From the sequence record NC_012575.1: DNA of 32,000 nt; one strand, 5' to 3'. Below are positions 17,567 through 27,422 of this stretch, in pieces. Position 1 is the first letter of the stretch, and each line of letters begins with the position of its first letter. Below the pieces are notes generated by a model. It was not told the DNA's origin. It ran no database searches and saw only the letters and a list, made by a program, of their open reading frames with translations. Position numbers and translations under genes: made by a program.

Positions 17567-17662
17567 ATGCCTTTATCTGATACACAAGTTTTTGTTGCTC
17601 TTTTTGTTGCACTTATTACAGGGATTCTTTCAGTACGACTTGGAGCTCAACTTTACAAGTAA
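17567..17662 (+). CDS. psaM: Photosystem I subunit XII
   Basis: [31 protein letters not shown] (31 aa). PsaM pattern (..SDTQ....AL..A....L..RLG..LYK). Confidence 0.85.
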   Translation: MPLSDTQVFVALFVALITGILSVRLGAQLYK

Positions 17663-17810
17663 TTTAGCCTCTGTTCCGTACTGGGTGAAATTTAATCCTT
17701 ACTAACATACAAATGTATGATTAGTGAGGGCTACACCCATTTGTAAATAAAGTCAAAAAATCTAATTGTTTAAACTGAGTACATTTGCTACTCTATTGTA
17801 TAGAATAGAT

Positions 17811-17884
17811 CGGAGTGTAGCGCAGTTTGGTAGCGTACGTCGTTTGGGACGATGTGGTCGCAGGTTCGAATCCTGTCACTCCGA
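17811..17884 (+). tRNA. trnP(UGG): tRNA-Pro (anticodon UGG)
   Basis: CGGAGTGTAGCGCAGTTTGGTAGCGTACGTCGTTTGGGACGATGTGGTCGCAGGTTCGAATCCTGTCACTCCGA. Anticodon loop TTTGGGA. Confidence 0.93.
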
Positions 17885-17902
17885 ACCGTTTGGCATATTA
17901 AA

Positions 17903-17975
17903 GCGTCCTTAGTTCAGTTGGTAGAACGCAGGTCTCCAAAACCTGATGTCGTAGGTTCGAGTCCTACAGGGCGTG
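17903..17975 (+). tRNA. trnW(CCA): tRNA-Trp (anticodon CCA)
   Basis: GCGTCCTTAGTTCAGTTGGTAGAACGCAGGTCTCCAAAACCTGATGTCGTAGGTTCGAGTCCTACAGGGCGTG. Anticodon loop CTCCAAA. Confidence 0.93.
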
Positions 17976-18034
17976 TTTAAATATAAATTAAAGAAAACCT
18001 TGTGGCCAAATCAAGATATTGGTAAACTGCAACT

Positions 18035-18121
18035 GGAGAGATGACTGAGTGGCCGAAAGTACTTCATTGCTAATGAAGCGTACGAGTAATCGTACCAGGG
18101 GTTCGAATCCCCTTCTCTCCG
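18035..18121 (+). tRNA. trnS(GCU): tRNA-Ser (anticodon GCU), long variable arm
   Basis: GGAGAGATGACTGAGTGGCCGAAAGTACTTCATTGCTAATGAAG...GGGGTTCGAATCCCCTTCTCTCCG. Anticodon loop TTGCTAA. Confidence 0.93.
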
Positions 18122-18144
18122 AAATAAAAAATAAAAAATGTATC

Positions 18145-18174
18145 TTGACTGGGAGCCTCTCTTTTCAGTATGCT
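18145..18174 (+). promoter_or_regulatory. Candidate sigma70-type (PEP) promoter upstream of rpl20
   Basis: TTGACT (18145-18150), 18-nt spacer, TATGCT (18169-18174). About 130 nt upstream of the rpl20 ATG. Confidence 0.35.
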
Positions 18175-18305
18175 ATATACACATAGAGAATGACCTGGTA
18201 TAGTTCATATTTATATATATATATTAAGTATTCAATAAATCATCCTATACCAATAATCGTATGACTTCGTCGAGTGAAAACGAAGTCTTTAATTAATCAT
18301 AGTTT

Positions 18306-18656
18306 ATGACTCGAGTAAAACGCGGAACAGTTGCACGAAAACGCCGTAATAAAATTTTAGATTTAAACCGTGGATTCCGCGGATCACATTCCACATTATT
18401 CCGTACTGCGAATCAGCGTAGTTTAAAAGCACTTTCATCTTCTTACAGTGATCGACGTAAAAAGAAACGTCAATACCGTCGTTTATGGATTCGACGTATT
18501 AATGCTGGTGTACGATCACATGGAACATCATACAGTCGCTTTATGCATGATGTAAAAGTAAATCGTCAGAATTTAAACCGTAAAGTGTTATCACAGCTTG
18601 TTATTTTAGATCCAACAAGTTTTAAGACTCTTTGTGATAAAGTAAAAGCTTCATAA
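18306..18656 (+). CDS. rpl20: 50S ribosomal protein L20
   Basis: 116 aa, MTRVKRGTVARKRRNKILDLNRGFRGSHSTLFRTANQ. Canonical L20 N-terminus. Confidence 0.96.
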   Translation: MTRVKRGTVARKRRNKILDLNRGFRGSHSTLFRTANQRSLKALSSSYSDRRKKKRQYRRLWIRRINAGVRSHGTSYSRFMHDVKVNRQNLNRKVLSQLVILDPTSFKTLCDKVKAS

Positions 18657-18672
18657 GAGTTTTCATTCAAAC

Positions 18673-18692
18673 AGGGGCTTGCATAAGCCCCT
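18673..18692 (+). terminator. Stem-loop plus T-run 3' of rpl20
   Basis: AGGGGCTT (18673-18680), GCAT loop, AAGCCCCT (18685-18692), followed by TATTTTTG. Confidence 0.55.
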
Positions 18693-18715
18693 TATTTTTG
18701 CTATGTTAAGAGTAT

Positions 18716-18800
18716 GGAGAGGTGTCAGAGTGGTTTAATGTATTGGTCTTGAAAACCAATGTAGCGCAAGTTACCGTGGGTTCAAATCCCACTCTCTCCG
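18716..18800 (+). tRNA. trnS(UGA): tRNA-Ser (anticodon UGA), long variable arm
   Basis: GGAGAGGTGTCAGAGTGGTTTAATGTATTGGTCTTGAAAACCAATG...GTGGGTTCAAATCCCACTCTCTCCG. Anticodon loop CTTGAAA. Confidence 0.93.
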
Positions 18801-18959
18801 ATAAAGTTTAGTTGTTTTGATCTATCTGAAAAATAGATTTCGACGGGTTTCAAGAAAATTCTTGTGAGAATGTGCCTCGGTTTTGATTTGTGGACTATTA
18901 TTGGATATAATAAAATTGCTAGTTCATTCTTTTATTTGATCTGATTGGAGATTTTTCTC

Positions 18960-19097
18960 ATGACTCAACTTTTCATTCTTGGTCGATTACCGGAAGCGTA
19001 CGCACCATTTGACCCGCTCGTGGACGTACTCCCAATTATCCCAGTTCTTTTCTTACTTCTTGCTTTTGTTTGGCAAGCTTCCGTAAGTTTCCGTTAA
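18960..19097 (+). CDS. psbK: Photosystem II protein K (precursor)
   Basis: [45 protein letters not shown] (45 aa). Conserved mature PsbK core [35 protein letters not shown] upstream. Confidence 0.93.
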   Translation: MTQLFILGRLPEAYAPFDPLVDVLPIIPVLFLLLAFVWQASVSFR

Positions 19098-19163
19098 TTC
19101 CAAAAAGTAACACACGACTAGTGTTCTTTTATTTACCTCGCTCATTGGAGAAAGTAAAACAGT

Positions 19164-19280
19164 ATGCTTACGTTAAAAATTCTTGTTTACACAGTAGTTA
19201 TCTTCTTCATTTCGCTTTTCGTATTTGGGTTCCTTTCAAATGACCCAGGACGTAACCCGAACTCAAAGGATTTTGAATAA
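19164..19280 (+). CDS. psbI: Photosystem II protein I
   Basis: [38 protein letters not shown] (38 aa). Near-canonical PsbI. Confidence 0.94.
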   Translation: MLTLKILVYTVVIFFISLFVFGFLSNDPGRNPNSKDFE

Positions 19281-19455
19281 CTCATTTTATTCTCGGTAGT
19301 TTAGTTTTCTAACTACAAAAACTACATTTTGGTTTATTAACCATTTGTTTTATTTCTAGCATTTAAACTCTAATTTAAATGTTAGTATTTTTGCCCATTA
19401 AGGGTTTTACAATCAAATAGATTACCTAACTGATTGTTTTTGTTAGGAGGATACC

Positions 19456-19584
19456 ATGAAGGATTTTCAAATCTATCTTTCAACAGCTCCAGTACTTGCT
19501 GCTCTCTATTTCAGTTTTATTGCTGGTCTCTTGATTGAATTAAATCGTTTTTTCCCTGATGCTCTTACATTCCCATTATTCTAA
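19456..19584 (+). CDS. psaJ: Photosystem I subunit IX
   Basis: [42 protein letters not shown] (42 aa). Canonical PsaJ (..YLS.APV......AGLLIE.NR.FPDAL.FP.F). AGGAGG lies 6 nt upstream. Confidence 0.93.
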   Translation: MKDFQIYLSTAPVLAALYFSFIAGLLIELNRFFPDALTFPLF

Positions 19585-19646
19585 TGGTAAATTTTAATGA
19601 GTATGCTTTTTCTGTTTTGTAATCCGTACAAAAGTTAAAGCTTTTG

Positions 19647-19669
19647 CATAGACCCCTTATGGGTCTATG
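19647..19669 (+). terminator. Stem-loop 3' of psaJ
   Basis: CATAGACCC (19647-19655), CTTAT loop, GGGTCTATG (19661-19669). Perfect 9-bp stem. Confidence 0.5.
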
Positions 19670-19750
19670 TACTAAATTGCTGAAATTTTCTCTCGAGCTT
19701 TATGTTTTTATTATTATTTTTTTAAGAATAATTTTCTCATAAAACCTGAC

Positions 19751-19779
19751 TTGACATTCATGCAATAAAACGGTAATGT
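19751..19779 (+). promoter_or_regulatory. Candidate sigma70-type (PEP) promoter upstream of trnF
   Basis: TTGACA (19751-19756), exactly 17 nt, TAATGT (19774-19779). 15 nt before the trnF 5' end. Confidence 0.4.
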
Positions 19780-19793
19780 ACTACATAGATATC

Positions 19794-19866
<73 letters not shown>

Positions 19867-19877
19867 AAATAAACCAC

Positions 19878-19906
19878 TTGTCAGTCGTTCTGAACCTGTG
19901 TACAAT
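19878..19906 (+). promoter_or_regulatory. Candidate sigma70-type (PEP) promoter of rbcL
   Basis: TTGTCA (19878-19883), exactly 17 nt, TACAAT (19901-19906). This would give a leader of roughly 90-95 nt to the rbcL ATG. Confidence 0.45.
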
Positions 19907-20005
19907 AAATTATAAAGATGCTTTCATGTATTATCATGATTTTCGCATAATCATACGAGTAGATTTTGAGATTATGGATTCGTGTTCTTCATAAAGAAAA
20001 AAATT

Positions 20006-21433
20006 ATGTCACCGCAAACTGAAACTAAAACACAAGCTGGATTCAAGGCTGGAGTTAAGGACTACCGTTTAACTTACTACACTCCTGACTACCAAGTACA
20101 AGCAACTGATGTACTCGCAGCATTCCGTATGACTCCACAGCCAGGTGTACCTGCTGAAGAGTGTGGAGCAGCTGTAGCAGCTGAGTCTTCAACTGGAACA
20201 TGGACAACTGTATGGACTGATGGTCTTACTCAGCTTGACCGTTACAAGGGTCGTTGTTACGACATCGAGCCAGTTCCTGGAGAAGATAACCAGTTCATCG
20301 CATACGTAGCTTACCCACTTGACTTATTCGAGGAAGGTTCTGTAACTAACCTTTTCACATCAATTGTAGGTAACGTATTCGGTTTCAAGGCACTTCGTGC
20401 ACTTCGTTTAGAGGACTTACGTATTCCGGTAGCTTACTGTAAGACTTTCCAAGGAGCTCCTCACGGAATCCAGGTTGAGCGTGATAAGTTAAACAAGTAC
20501 GGACGTTCACTTCTTGGATGTACTATTAAGCCTAAGCTTGGACTTTCTGCTAAGAACTACGGTCGTGCAGTATACGAGTGTCTTCGTGGTGGACTTGACT
20601 TCACTAAGGATGACGAGAACGTAAACTCACAGCCATTCATGCGTTGGCGTGACCGTTTCCTTTTCGTAGCTGAGGCTATCTACAAGGCTCAAGCTGAGAC
20701 TGGTGAGATTAAAGGACACTACCTTAACGTAACTGCTGCTACATCTGAAGAGATGATCAAGCGTGCAGCTTGTGCTAAAGAATTAGGACTTCCTATTATT
20801 ATGCACGACTACATTACTGGTGGTTTCACTTCAAACACTTCACTTGCTATCTACTGTCGTGATCACGGACTCCTCCTTCACATTCACCGTGCAATGCACG
20901 CAGTAATTGACCGTCAGCGTAACCACGGTATCCACTTCCGTGTACTTGCTAAGGCTCTCCGTATGTCAGGTGGTGACCACCTTCACTCAGGAACTGTAGT
21001 AGGTAAGCTTGAAGGTGAGCGTAACGTAACTCTTGGTTTCGTTGACCTTATGCGTGACCCAATCGTTGAGAAGGACCGTGACCGTGGAGTTTACTTCACT
21101 CAGAACTGGGGATCTCTCCCTGGAGTAATGCCAGTAGCTTCTGGTGGTATTCACGTATGGCACATGCCAGCTCTCGTAGAGATCTTTGGTGATGACGCTT
21201 GTTTACAGTTCGGTGGTGGAACTCTTGGACACCCATGGGGTAACGCTCCAGGTGCATCTGCTAACCGTGTAGCTCTTGAGGCTTGTACTCAGGCTCGTAA
21301 CGAAGGTCGTGACCTTGCTCGTGAGGGTGGAGATGTAATCCGTGCAGCTTGTAAGTGGTCTCCTGAGCTTGCAGCAGCATGTGAAGTATGGAAAGAGATT
21401 AAGTTCGAATTCGATACTGTAGATACTCTCTAA
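20006..21433 (+). CDS. rbcL: RuBisCO large subunit, form IB (green type)
   Basis: 475 aa from the ATG at 20006: [29 protein letters not shown]... Active-site [19 protein letters not shown] is present. The ORF-track start at 19982 is a non-ATG upstream extension. Confidence 0.98.
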   Translation: MSPQTETKTQAGFKAGVKDYRLTYYTPDYQVQATDVLAAFRMTPQPGVPAEECGAAVAAESSTGTWTTVWTDGLTQLDRYKGRCYDIEPVPGEDNQFIAYVAYPLDLFEEGSVTNLFTSIVGNVFGFKALRALRLEDLRIPVAYCKTFQGAPHGIQVERDKLNKYGRSLLGCTIKPKLGLSAKNYGRAVYECLRGGLDFTKDDENVNSQPFMRWRDRFLFVAEAIYKAQAETGEIKGHYLNVTAATSEEMIKRAACAKELGLPIIMHDYITGGFTSNTSLAIYCRDHGLLLHIHRAMHAVIDRQRNHGIHFRVLAKALRMSGGDHLHSGTVVGKLEGERNVTLGFVDLMRDPIVEKDRDRGVYFTQNWGSLPGVMPVASGGIHVWHMPALVEIFGDDACLQFGGGTLGHPWGNAPGASANRVALEACTQARNEGRDLAREGGDVIRAACKWSPELAAACEVWKEIKFEFDTVDTL

Positions 21434-21450
21434 TCTAATTAGTAACCTTT

Positions 21451-21512
21451 TGTATTAAATTCGTTTAATACATAAAAGTTTGTATGCCCTATTAACATTG
21501 TTAATAGGGCAT
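21451..21512 (+). terminator. Two tandem stem-loops 3' of rbcL
   Basis: First: TGTATTAAA / TTCG / TTTAATACA (21451-21472). Second: ATGCCCTATTAAC / ATT / GTTAATAGGGCAT (21484-21512, perfect 13-bp stem). Confidence 0.6.
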
Positions 21513-21556
21513 GTATCCTTAGATACACAACTTATAAATCACCAAGGAATAATAAC

Positions 21557-21670
21557 ATGATTGAAGCTCTTCTTTTTGGAATTGTTCTTGGAATGATCCC
21601 GGTTACTCTTTCTGGGCTTTTTGTAACAGCCTACCTTCAGTACCGTCGTGGAGATCAATTAAATCTTTAG
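21557..21670 (+). CDS. petG: Cytochrome b6f complex subunit V
   Basis: [37 protein letters not shown] (37 aa). Canonical PetG. Confidence 0.94.
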   Translation: MIEALLFGIVLGMIPVTLSGLFVTAYLQYRRGDQLNL

Positions 21671-21849
21671 ATTTATTTATCCATACAGGCATTCCATGCG
21701 CCAAGTGAGGGGCGAATCAAAGTCTGAGCACTTGCAAAAGACAGTTGGAACGCCCCATACCACTGGCCAACAATCATCTAATTTTATTAGAAAACATAAG
21801 AAAAAGATACTCTAGTTAAAATTTGTCTTTACTTTATTTGAAATAAATA

Positions 21850-21877
21850 TTGGAACTTACTAAAAAGTAAGCTCCAA
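21850..21877 (-). terminator. Stem-loop 3' of petA
   Basis: TTGGAACTTAC (21850-21860), TAAAAA loop, GTAAGCTCCAA (21867-21877). 11 positions with 1 mismatch. 17 nt beyond the petA stop. Confidence 0.5.
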
Positions 21878-21893
21878 TATATCGACTAATCGA

Positions 21894-22817
21894 TTAGAAG
21901 TTCATCTCTGAAAGTTGTACTTTCTCAAATTGCTTCTTCTTAAGTACAAGGAATACTTGTGCAATAAGTACGAAACCAAGGAAAATAATAAGTCCCTGAA
22001 GACGAGCTGGGTTTTGGAGTACAATTTCTGTTTCTCCTTGTCCAAATCCACCTACATTAGGGTTATTTGTTAATGGCTGGTCTGCTTGCACAGCTTGTCC
22101 TACTGATACAAGAATTTCAGGTCCGGCTGGAATTGCAGTCGTTACCTTATCACCAGCAGTGCTAGTAATTACAACATCCGAACCTTTATCAGTTGGGTTG
22201 ATTGCACTTACTGTTCCTGCAGCTGGTGCATTGTATACAGTGTTGTTACTCTTTGTACCATCTGGATATACTTGTCCACGTCCACGGTTTCCACCAAGGT
22301 AGATTGGGTATGTAAGGTAGTTTACATCCTTAGATTTTGCTGGATCTGGAGCAAGAATTGGGAAAGTCATTTCACTATATTTCTTACCTGGAACAGGTCC
22401 AACAATAATAATGTTCTTCTTATCTTCACTGTATGGCTGGAAATAAAGCTTTCCAACTTTTTCTTGAAGTTCTGAAGAAATACGCTCAGGAGGTGCAATT
22501 TGGAATCCTTCTGGAAGAATAAGAACTGCTCCAACGTTTAATGGACCTTTCTTACCGTTACCAAGAACTTGCTTTACCTGCTGATCGTATGGGATTTTCA
22601 CTACAGCTTCAAATACTGTATCTGGAAGTACAGCTTGTGGTACTTCAATATCCACTGGTTTTTGAGCAAGGTGACAGTTAGCACATACAATACGTCCAGT
22701 TGCTTCACGCGGGTTTTCATACCCGTTTTGTGCATACACAGGGTATGCGTTTGCTGAACTTGTAAATGTAAGTGCAAATGCTGCTAATACACCCGCAAAA
22801 AAGTTTTTGTTAGTCAT
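21894..22817 (-). CDS. petA: Cytochrome f (apocytochrome f precursor)
   Basis: 307 aa. Signal peptide, then mature [27 protein letters not shown] (CxxCH haem site), and a C-terminal membrane anchor. Confidence 0.97.
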   Translation of the reverse strand: MTNKNFFAGVLAAFALTFTSSANAYPVYAQNGYENPREATGRIVCANCHLAQKPVDIEVPQAVLPDTVFEAVVKIPYDQQVKQVLGNGKKGPLNVGAVLILPEGFQIAPPERISSELQEKVGKLYFQPYSEDKKNIIIVGPVPGKKYSEMTFPILAPDPAKSKDVNYLTYPIYLGGNRGRGQVYPDGTKSNNTVYNAPAAGTVSAINPTDKGSDVVITSTAGDKVTTAIPAGPEILVSVGQAVQADQPLTNNPNVGGFGQGETEIVLQNPARLQGLIIFLGFVLIAQVFLVLKKKQFEKVQLSEMNF

Positions 22818-22856
22818 AATGTACTCTTTGAGATATATCTTGAAATTTCCTTTTTA

Positions 22857-22928
22857 CTGGGGCAGAAGGACTCGAACCTCCGAATAACGGAGCCAAAAAC
22901 CGTCGCCTTACCACTTGGCTATGCCCCA
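22857..22928 (-). tRNA. trnQ(UUG): tRNA-Gln (anticodon UUG)
   Basis: The reverse complement is TGGGGCATAGCCAAGTGGTAAGGCGACGGTTTTTGGCTCCGTTATTCGGAGGTTCGAGTCCTTCTGCCCCAG. The U1:A72 pair is typical of tRNA-Gln. Anticodon UUU-UUG-GC context. Confidence 0.9.
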
Positions 22929-23011
22929 AACTAAATATATTATGAGGGTCTAAGACAAAAAAGTCAACGTCTTAGAGTCCAAAATTTCACTAAATAATAG
23001 TTTGTAAAGAC

Positions 23012-23068
23012 TTATTTATGTGTAGAAAATTAGAAAGATTTAATCTTTAAACTTCTACACATAAATAA
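23012..23068 (-). terminator. Compound stem-loop 3' of rps14
   Basis: The outer 16-bp perfect stem is TTATTTATGTGTAGAA (23012-23027) with TTCTACACATAAATAA (23053-23068). It encloses an inner hairpin, AAAGATT-T-AATCTTT. Starts 9 nt after the rps14 stop. Confidence 0.55.
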
Positions 23069-23076
23069 AGTATTGT

Positions 23077-23379
23077 TTACCAACTTGCTTTACGTACTCC
23101 AGGAAGTAAACATTGGTGTGCCATCTCACGTAAAACATGACGTGAAAGACCAAAATCGCGATAATATCCTTTTGGTCGACCTGTTTGAGCACAACGGTTA
23201 TGTAAACGTACCGGTGCACTATTACGAGGTAATGTTTGGAATTGACGGTGGATTGCTACTACTTCACGAATAGATCCAGCATTACGAATATCCTGCTTGA
23301 ATTGTGCACGTTTCTGTGCATATTTTTCTACAAGACGTTGGCGTTTTGTTTCACGCGCAATCATCGATTTTTTTGCCAT
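23077..23379 (-). CDS. rps14: 30S ribosomal protein S14
   Basis: 100 aa, [20 protein letters not shown]...LPGVRKASW. Canonical S14 termini. Confidence 0.96.
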   Translation of the reverse strand: MAKKSMIARETKRQRLVEKYAQKRAQFKQDIRNAGSIREVVAIHRQFQTLPRNSAPVRLHNRCAQTGRPKGYYRDFGLSRHVLREMAHQCLLPGVRKASW

Positions 23380-23553
23380 AAATTAAAATTATTTAAAGGT
23401 ATAAAAAGGCTTGTATAGTACAAGTATGCCTAAATGTGGCACGTGTGTTTCAACACATAGAATTCTTTAATGCTACTTTACCATATTTTTGCCTCTGCGT
23501 CATCTTTTTATAAAAATTGACATATTTGAAACAAACCAAAATATATGTATAAA

Positions 23554-23569
23554 ATCTTTTTATTATAAA
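23554..23569 (-). promoter_or_regulatory. Copy 3 of recurrent 16-mer TTTATAATAAAAAGAT (- strand), about 175 nt upstream of rps14
   Basis: The + strand reads ATCTTTTTATTATAAA, the exact reverse complement of the motif at 1752-1767 and 9980-9995. Confidence 0.35.
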
Positions 23570-23603
23570 CTCTATGTATTTATTACTAGAGAGGTCATAT
23601 ACA

Positions 23604-23626
23604 TTTGGTGCTTTAAAAGCACCAAA
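23604..23626 (-). terminator. Stem-loop 3' of atpA
   Basis: TTTGGTGC (23604-23611), TTTAAAA loop, GCACCAAA (23619-23626). About 60 nt beyond the atpA stop. Confidence 0.5.
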
Positions 23627-23686
23627 CGTAGAAGATTTAATTTAAATTTGAGTTAATGCAAAGCATTTTCCAATATAAATTAAAGT

Positions 23687-25201
23687 TTATTTTCCAAGGA
23701 AAATAGCTTTGTAAGCTGTAATTCCTTCTTTTAACATCTCTTCAGATTCAGGAGACATAGCCTTTGATTCAAGCACGTTAGTACTAAATTGAGACTTGTT
23801 CGTCTTCATGTAGTCACGAAGTCCAATAAGGAATGGGCGTACTTGTGCAACTGCAAGGTCATCAAGGTATCCCTTAGTTCCTGTGTAAATTGTTACAACT
23901 TGCATATCAACAGTAAGCGGTGCTGACTGTGCTTGCTTAAGGAGTTCACGTAAACGTACTCCACGTGCAAGTTGGTTTTGAGTAGCCTGATCAAGGTCAG
24001 AAGCAAATTGTGAGAAAGCCTCAAGCTCTGCGAATTGTGCAAGTTCTAACTTAAGTGTTCCTGCAACTTGCTTCATTGCCTTAATTTGTGCAGCTGAACC
24101 TACACGTGATACTGAAATACCTACGTTAATTGCTGGACGAATACCAGAGTTAAAAAGGTCAGCAGAAAGGAATACCTGTCCATCTGTAATTGAAATTACG
24201 TTAGTTGGAATGTAAGCAGATACATCACCACCTTGTGTTTCAATAATTGGAAGAGCAGTCATACTTCCTTCACCTAAAGACTCATTAAGCTTCGCTGCAC
24301 GCTCAAGAAGACGTGAGTGAAGGTAGAATACATCTCCAGGGTATGCTTCACGACCTGGTGGACGCTTAAGAAGAAGTGACATCTGACGGTAAGCTTGTGC
24401 TTGCTTAGAGAGGTCATCGTAAATAATAAGCGTTGCACGTCCAGAGTACATAAAGTACTCAGCAAGTGACGCACCTGTATATGGTGCAAGGTACTGAAGT
24501 GTAGCAGGAGAGTTTGCGTTCTCAGCTACAATAATTGTGTAGTCCATTGCTCCAGCATTTGTTAATGTTGTTACAATTTGAGCTACTGATGATGCTTTCT
24601 GACCAATTGCTACATATACACAAATACAGTCACCACCTTTCTGATTAATGATTGTATCAGTTGCTACTGCTGTTTTTCCTGTCTGACGGTCACCAATAAT
24701 TAACTCACGCTGTCCACGTCCAATTGGAATCATAGCATCAATTGACACAAGTCCAGTTTGGAGTGGCTCATATACTGACTTACGTGCAATAATACCAGGT
24801 GCTGGTGATTCAATTAAACGTGAATCAGTTGAAGGAATATCACCTTTACCATCGATTGGACGAGCTAAAGCGTCAACAACACGACCTAAGAATGCTTCTC
24901 CTACAGGTACTTGTGCAATTTTACCAGTTGCTTTTACTGCATCACCTTCTTGGATAGAGAGTCCCTCACCCATAAGTACAGCACCAACGTTATCTGATTC
25001 AAGGTTTAATGCAATACCAATTGTACCATCCTTAAATTCAAGTAACTCACCAGCCATTACTTTCTCTAATCCGTAGATTCGAGCAATTCCATCTCCAACT
25101 TGAAGTACAGTTCCAACGTTTACAACTTGTGCTTCTTGTGAGTATTGCTCAATCTGTTGGCGAATAACGCTACTAATTTCATCTGGGCGAATTTTTACCA
25201 T
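23687..25201 (-). CDS. atpA: ATP synthase CF1 alpha subunit
   Basis: 504 aa, [20 protein letters not shown]... Walker A GDRQTGKT is present. Confidence 0.98.
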   Translation of the reverse strand: MVKIRPDEISSVIRQQIEQYSQEAQVVNVGTVLQVGDGIARIYGLEKVMAGELLEFKDGTIGIALNLESDNVGAVLMGEGLSIQEGDAVKATGKIAQVPVGEAFLGRVVDALARPIDGKGDIPSTDSRLIESPAPGIIARKSVYEPLQTGLVSIDAMIPIGRGQRELIIGDRQTGKTAVATDTIINQKGGDCICVYVAIGQKASSVAQIVTTLTNAGAMDYTIIVAENANSPATLQYLAPYTGASLAEYFMYSGRATLIIYDDLSKQAQAYRQMSLLLKRPPGREAYPGDVFYLHSRLLERAAKLNESLGEGSMTALPIIETQGGDVSAYIPTNVISITDGQVFLSADLFNSGIRPAINVGISVSRVGSAAQIKAMKQVAGTLKLELAQFAELEAFSQFASDLDQATQNQLARGVRLRELLKQAQSAPLTVDMQVVTIYTGTKGYLDDLAVAQVRPFLIGLRDYMKTNKSQFSTNVLESKAMSPESEEMLKEGITAYKAIFLGK

Positions 25202-25383
25202 GTGATCCTCGGTTTCGATTCAATCTTTGGGATTAACTTTTCACAAATTGGTAAGCCAAATTGGTACAATTTGTACCATTTCTATTAGGCTAACCGCATA
25301 GAGAGGAAGACATATGTGGAAATCCACTGTCTTCACGAGTATATATATTTATAAACTCGTAGAAAATGCATCAAATAGATCTC

Positions 25384-25890
25384 TTAAAGTGAACTATTCA
25401 TAAGTGCAATTTTCGCATCAATGTATTTACGGTGAAGTTTCTCATCCATACGTGAACGGATACCTTCAATTGCTTTTTCAAAAGCTACACTGATAAGTTG
25501 TTGACGGAATGTTTTTACAACTTTTTCCTCTTCAAGACGAATTGTCTCTTCTTTGAGTTCATCAAAACGTTGGTGAAGTTCTTCATAACGCTTTGTTTCT
25601 TCAAGACGAAGGGCTTCCATTGTTTTTTGTCCTTCGCGCTGAATCTCTTTAACTTTTTCAGCAGCAAGTGCAAGTTCAGATTTAGCAGCATCAAGTTCTA
25701 ATTGAGCTTGCTTAAATCGATCATCGGCACTACGGAGACTGCTAAGAATTTTCTCTCGTCGGTTATCTAAAATAGATGTTAATGTATCCTTTCCAAGTGA
25801 AAAAACAAGTGGAAGAACAACAGCGAGGTTGAGAATGTTAGTTTCAAGAAGATTCGTGTTGAATCCGAATCCTTCTGCAAGTGATACCAT
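25384..25890 (-). CDS. atpF: ATP synthase CF0 subunit I (b), no intron
   Basis: 168 aa. The N-terminal GFGFNTNLLETNILNLAVVLPLVF membrane segment is followed by a long charged helix. It sits between atpH and atpA as expected. GGAGG lies 10 nt upstream. Confidence 0.9.
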   Translation of the reverse strand: MVSLAEGFGFNTNLLETNILNLAVVLPLVFSLGKDTLTSILDNRREKILSSLRSADDRFKQAQLELDAAKSELALAAEKVKEIQREGQKTMEALRLEETKRYEELHQRFDELKEETIRLEEEKVVKTFRQQLISVAFEKAIEGIRSRMDEKLHRKYIDAKIALMNSSL

Positions 25891-26001
25891 TCGTGTGAAA
25901 CCTCCAGGTAATTGGGAATTTGTATTGTATAGAGGCTTTTAAAAACCTATATACCAGATCAACTATTCATCTTGAATAAAGAAAATAGTGAGTAGTGAAT
26001 A

Positions 26002-26038
26002 CCCGCTCAAGTGATGTTTACACATAAACTTGAGCGGG
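26002..26038 (-). terminator. Stem-loop between atpH and atpF
   Basis: CCCGCTCAAGT (26002-26012) pairs with ACTTGAGCGGG (26028-26038). Perfect 11-bp stem with a 15-nt loop. Confidence 0.55.
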
Positions 26039-26073
26039 ATAAAGTGTTTCTTTTGGAATTTCGAAAAATGAAA

Positions 26074-26373
<300 letters not shown>

Positions 26374-26480
26374 CTATTAAATTTAAAAGCGTTTTTGAAT
26401 TTAATTCATTTTAATTGTTCTCCTTCTATTTATTTTTTTTTTTAATTCTTTTTTATCTTTCAACTTATTAAAATTAACGT

Positions 26481-26503
26481 GGGCGAATATTAGCAATTCG
26501 CCC
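26481..26503 (-). terminator. Intercistronic stem-loop between atpI and atpH
   Basis: GGGCGAAT (26481-26488), ATTAGCA loop, ATTCGCCC (26496-26503). Confidence 0.45.
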
Positions 26504-26577
26504 AAAACGTCATCTTATTCTGCTCTTCTCTTGGGAAGAGTTAAGAATATGAATTGCATGAAGTATTTTTTTGAAGA

Positions 26578-27288
26578 TTAGTGCCCTTCAAGTGCTTCAC
26601 CAATATATGCTCCAGCAAGTGTAGCGAAAATAAGTGCTTGAATTGCACTTGTAAAAAGACCAAGGAAAATAAGAGGAATTGGAATCACAAGAGGGACTAA
26701 TGAAACAAGTACCGCTACTACAAGCTCATCAGCAAGAATGTTTCCGAAAAGACGGAAACTTAATGATAATGGCTTAGTGAAGTCCTCAAGAACGTTAATT
26801 GGAAGAAGAATAGGCGTTGGCTCTACATACTTACCAAAATATTCTAACCCTTTTTTCTTTAATCCGGCATAGAAGTATGCTACAGATGTTAAAAGAGCAA
26901 GTGCTACAGTTGTATTAATATCATTTGTTGGTGCCCCAAGCTCTCCATTTGGAAGTTCGATTACCTTCCATGGAATAAGTGCACCTGACCAGTTTGAAAC
27001 AAAGATAAAGAGGAAAAGTGTTCCAATAAATGGTGTCCACGTTTTGTAGTCTTCTCCAATCTGTGTTTTAGCAATGTCACGAATGTACTCTACAACGAAC
27101 TCAGCTAAGTTTTGCCCACCTTCTGGAACAGGCTTTAAATCACTTGTAGTTACAAGTGCAAATGCGATTACAAGTCCAAGTACAATCCATGAGTTGATTA
27201 ATACTTGCCCGTGCATTTGGAACCCACCAAGAGTCCAGTAAAAATGTTGACCGATTTCAACGGCAGAAATATCGTATAAGAGATTCAT
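26578..27288 (-). CDS. atpI: ATP synthase CF0 subunit IV (a)
   Basis: 236 aa, ...[18 protein letters not shown]... (the conserved subunit-a Arg motif). First gene of the atpI-H-F-A cluster. Confidence 0.96.
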   Translation of the reverse strand: MNLLYDISAVEIGQHFYWTLGGFQMHGQVLINSWIVLGLVIAFALVTTSDLKPVPEGGQNLAEFVVEYIRDIAKTQIGEDYKTWTPFIGTLFLFIFVSNWSGALIPWKVIELPNGELGAPTNDINTTVALALLTSVAYFYAGLKKKGLEYFGKYVEPTPILLPINVLEDFTKPLSLSFRLFGNILADELVVAVLVSLVPLVIPIPLIFLGLFTSAIQALIFATLAGAYIGEALEGH

Positions 27289-27422
27289 TACCTTTCTCCA
27301 TGCTTTGATGTCTCACACCGATATCATACCTTATTTTTTTGAAATGCACATAAACATTCTATTTATTTCAAAAAAATACTGAAAATAGTCAGTTGATCTA
27401 AACACTTAGAACTTGAAATTTT

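Noticed and set aside
19982-20005. Upstream non-ATG extensions of known genes: rbcL (19982), atpH (26323-26355), rps9 (28228-28257), rpoA (29387-29431), and psbB GTG 29 as a start
   Set aside because: The conserved N-termini begin at the internal ATGs (or, for psbB, upstream of the window). The extensions use GTG/TTG and add non-conserved residues.
21696-21815. 39-codon hydrophilic ORF (MRQVRGESKSEHLQKTVGTPHTTGQQSSNFIRKHKKKIL) as a new small protein gene
   Set aside because: It has no SD box and no resemblance to rpl32/33/36 or any small plastid protein I know. I keep it only as an alternative explanation within the GC-island finding.
22272-22757. + strand ORFs inside petA (22272-22475, 22569-22757), and similar ones inside rpoA (28411-28816), atpA (24274-24489) and atpF (25498-25701)
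   Set aside because: They are antisense or out of frame within well-supported conserved genes, with low-complexity products.
23517-23547. TTGACA followed 17-19 nt later by AT-rich -10-like hexamers on the + strand
   Set aside because: It points into the antisense of atpA and has no + strand gene downstream. This is likely a chance match in an AT-rich spacer.
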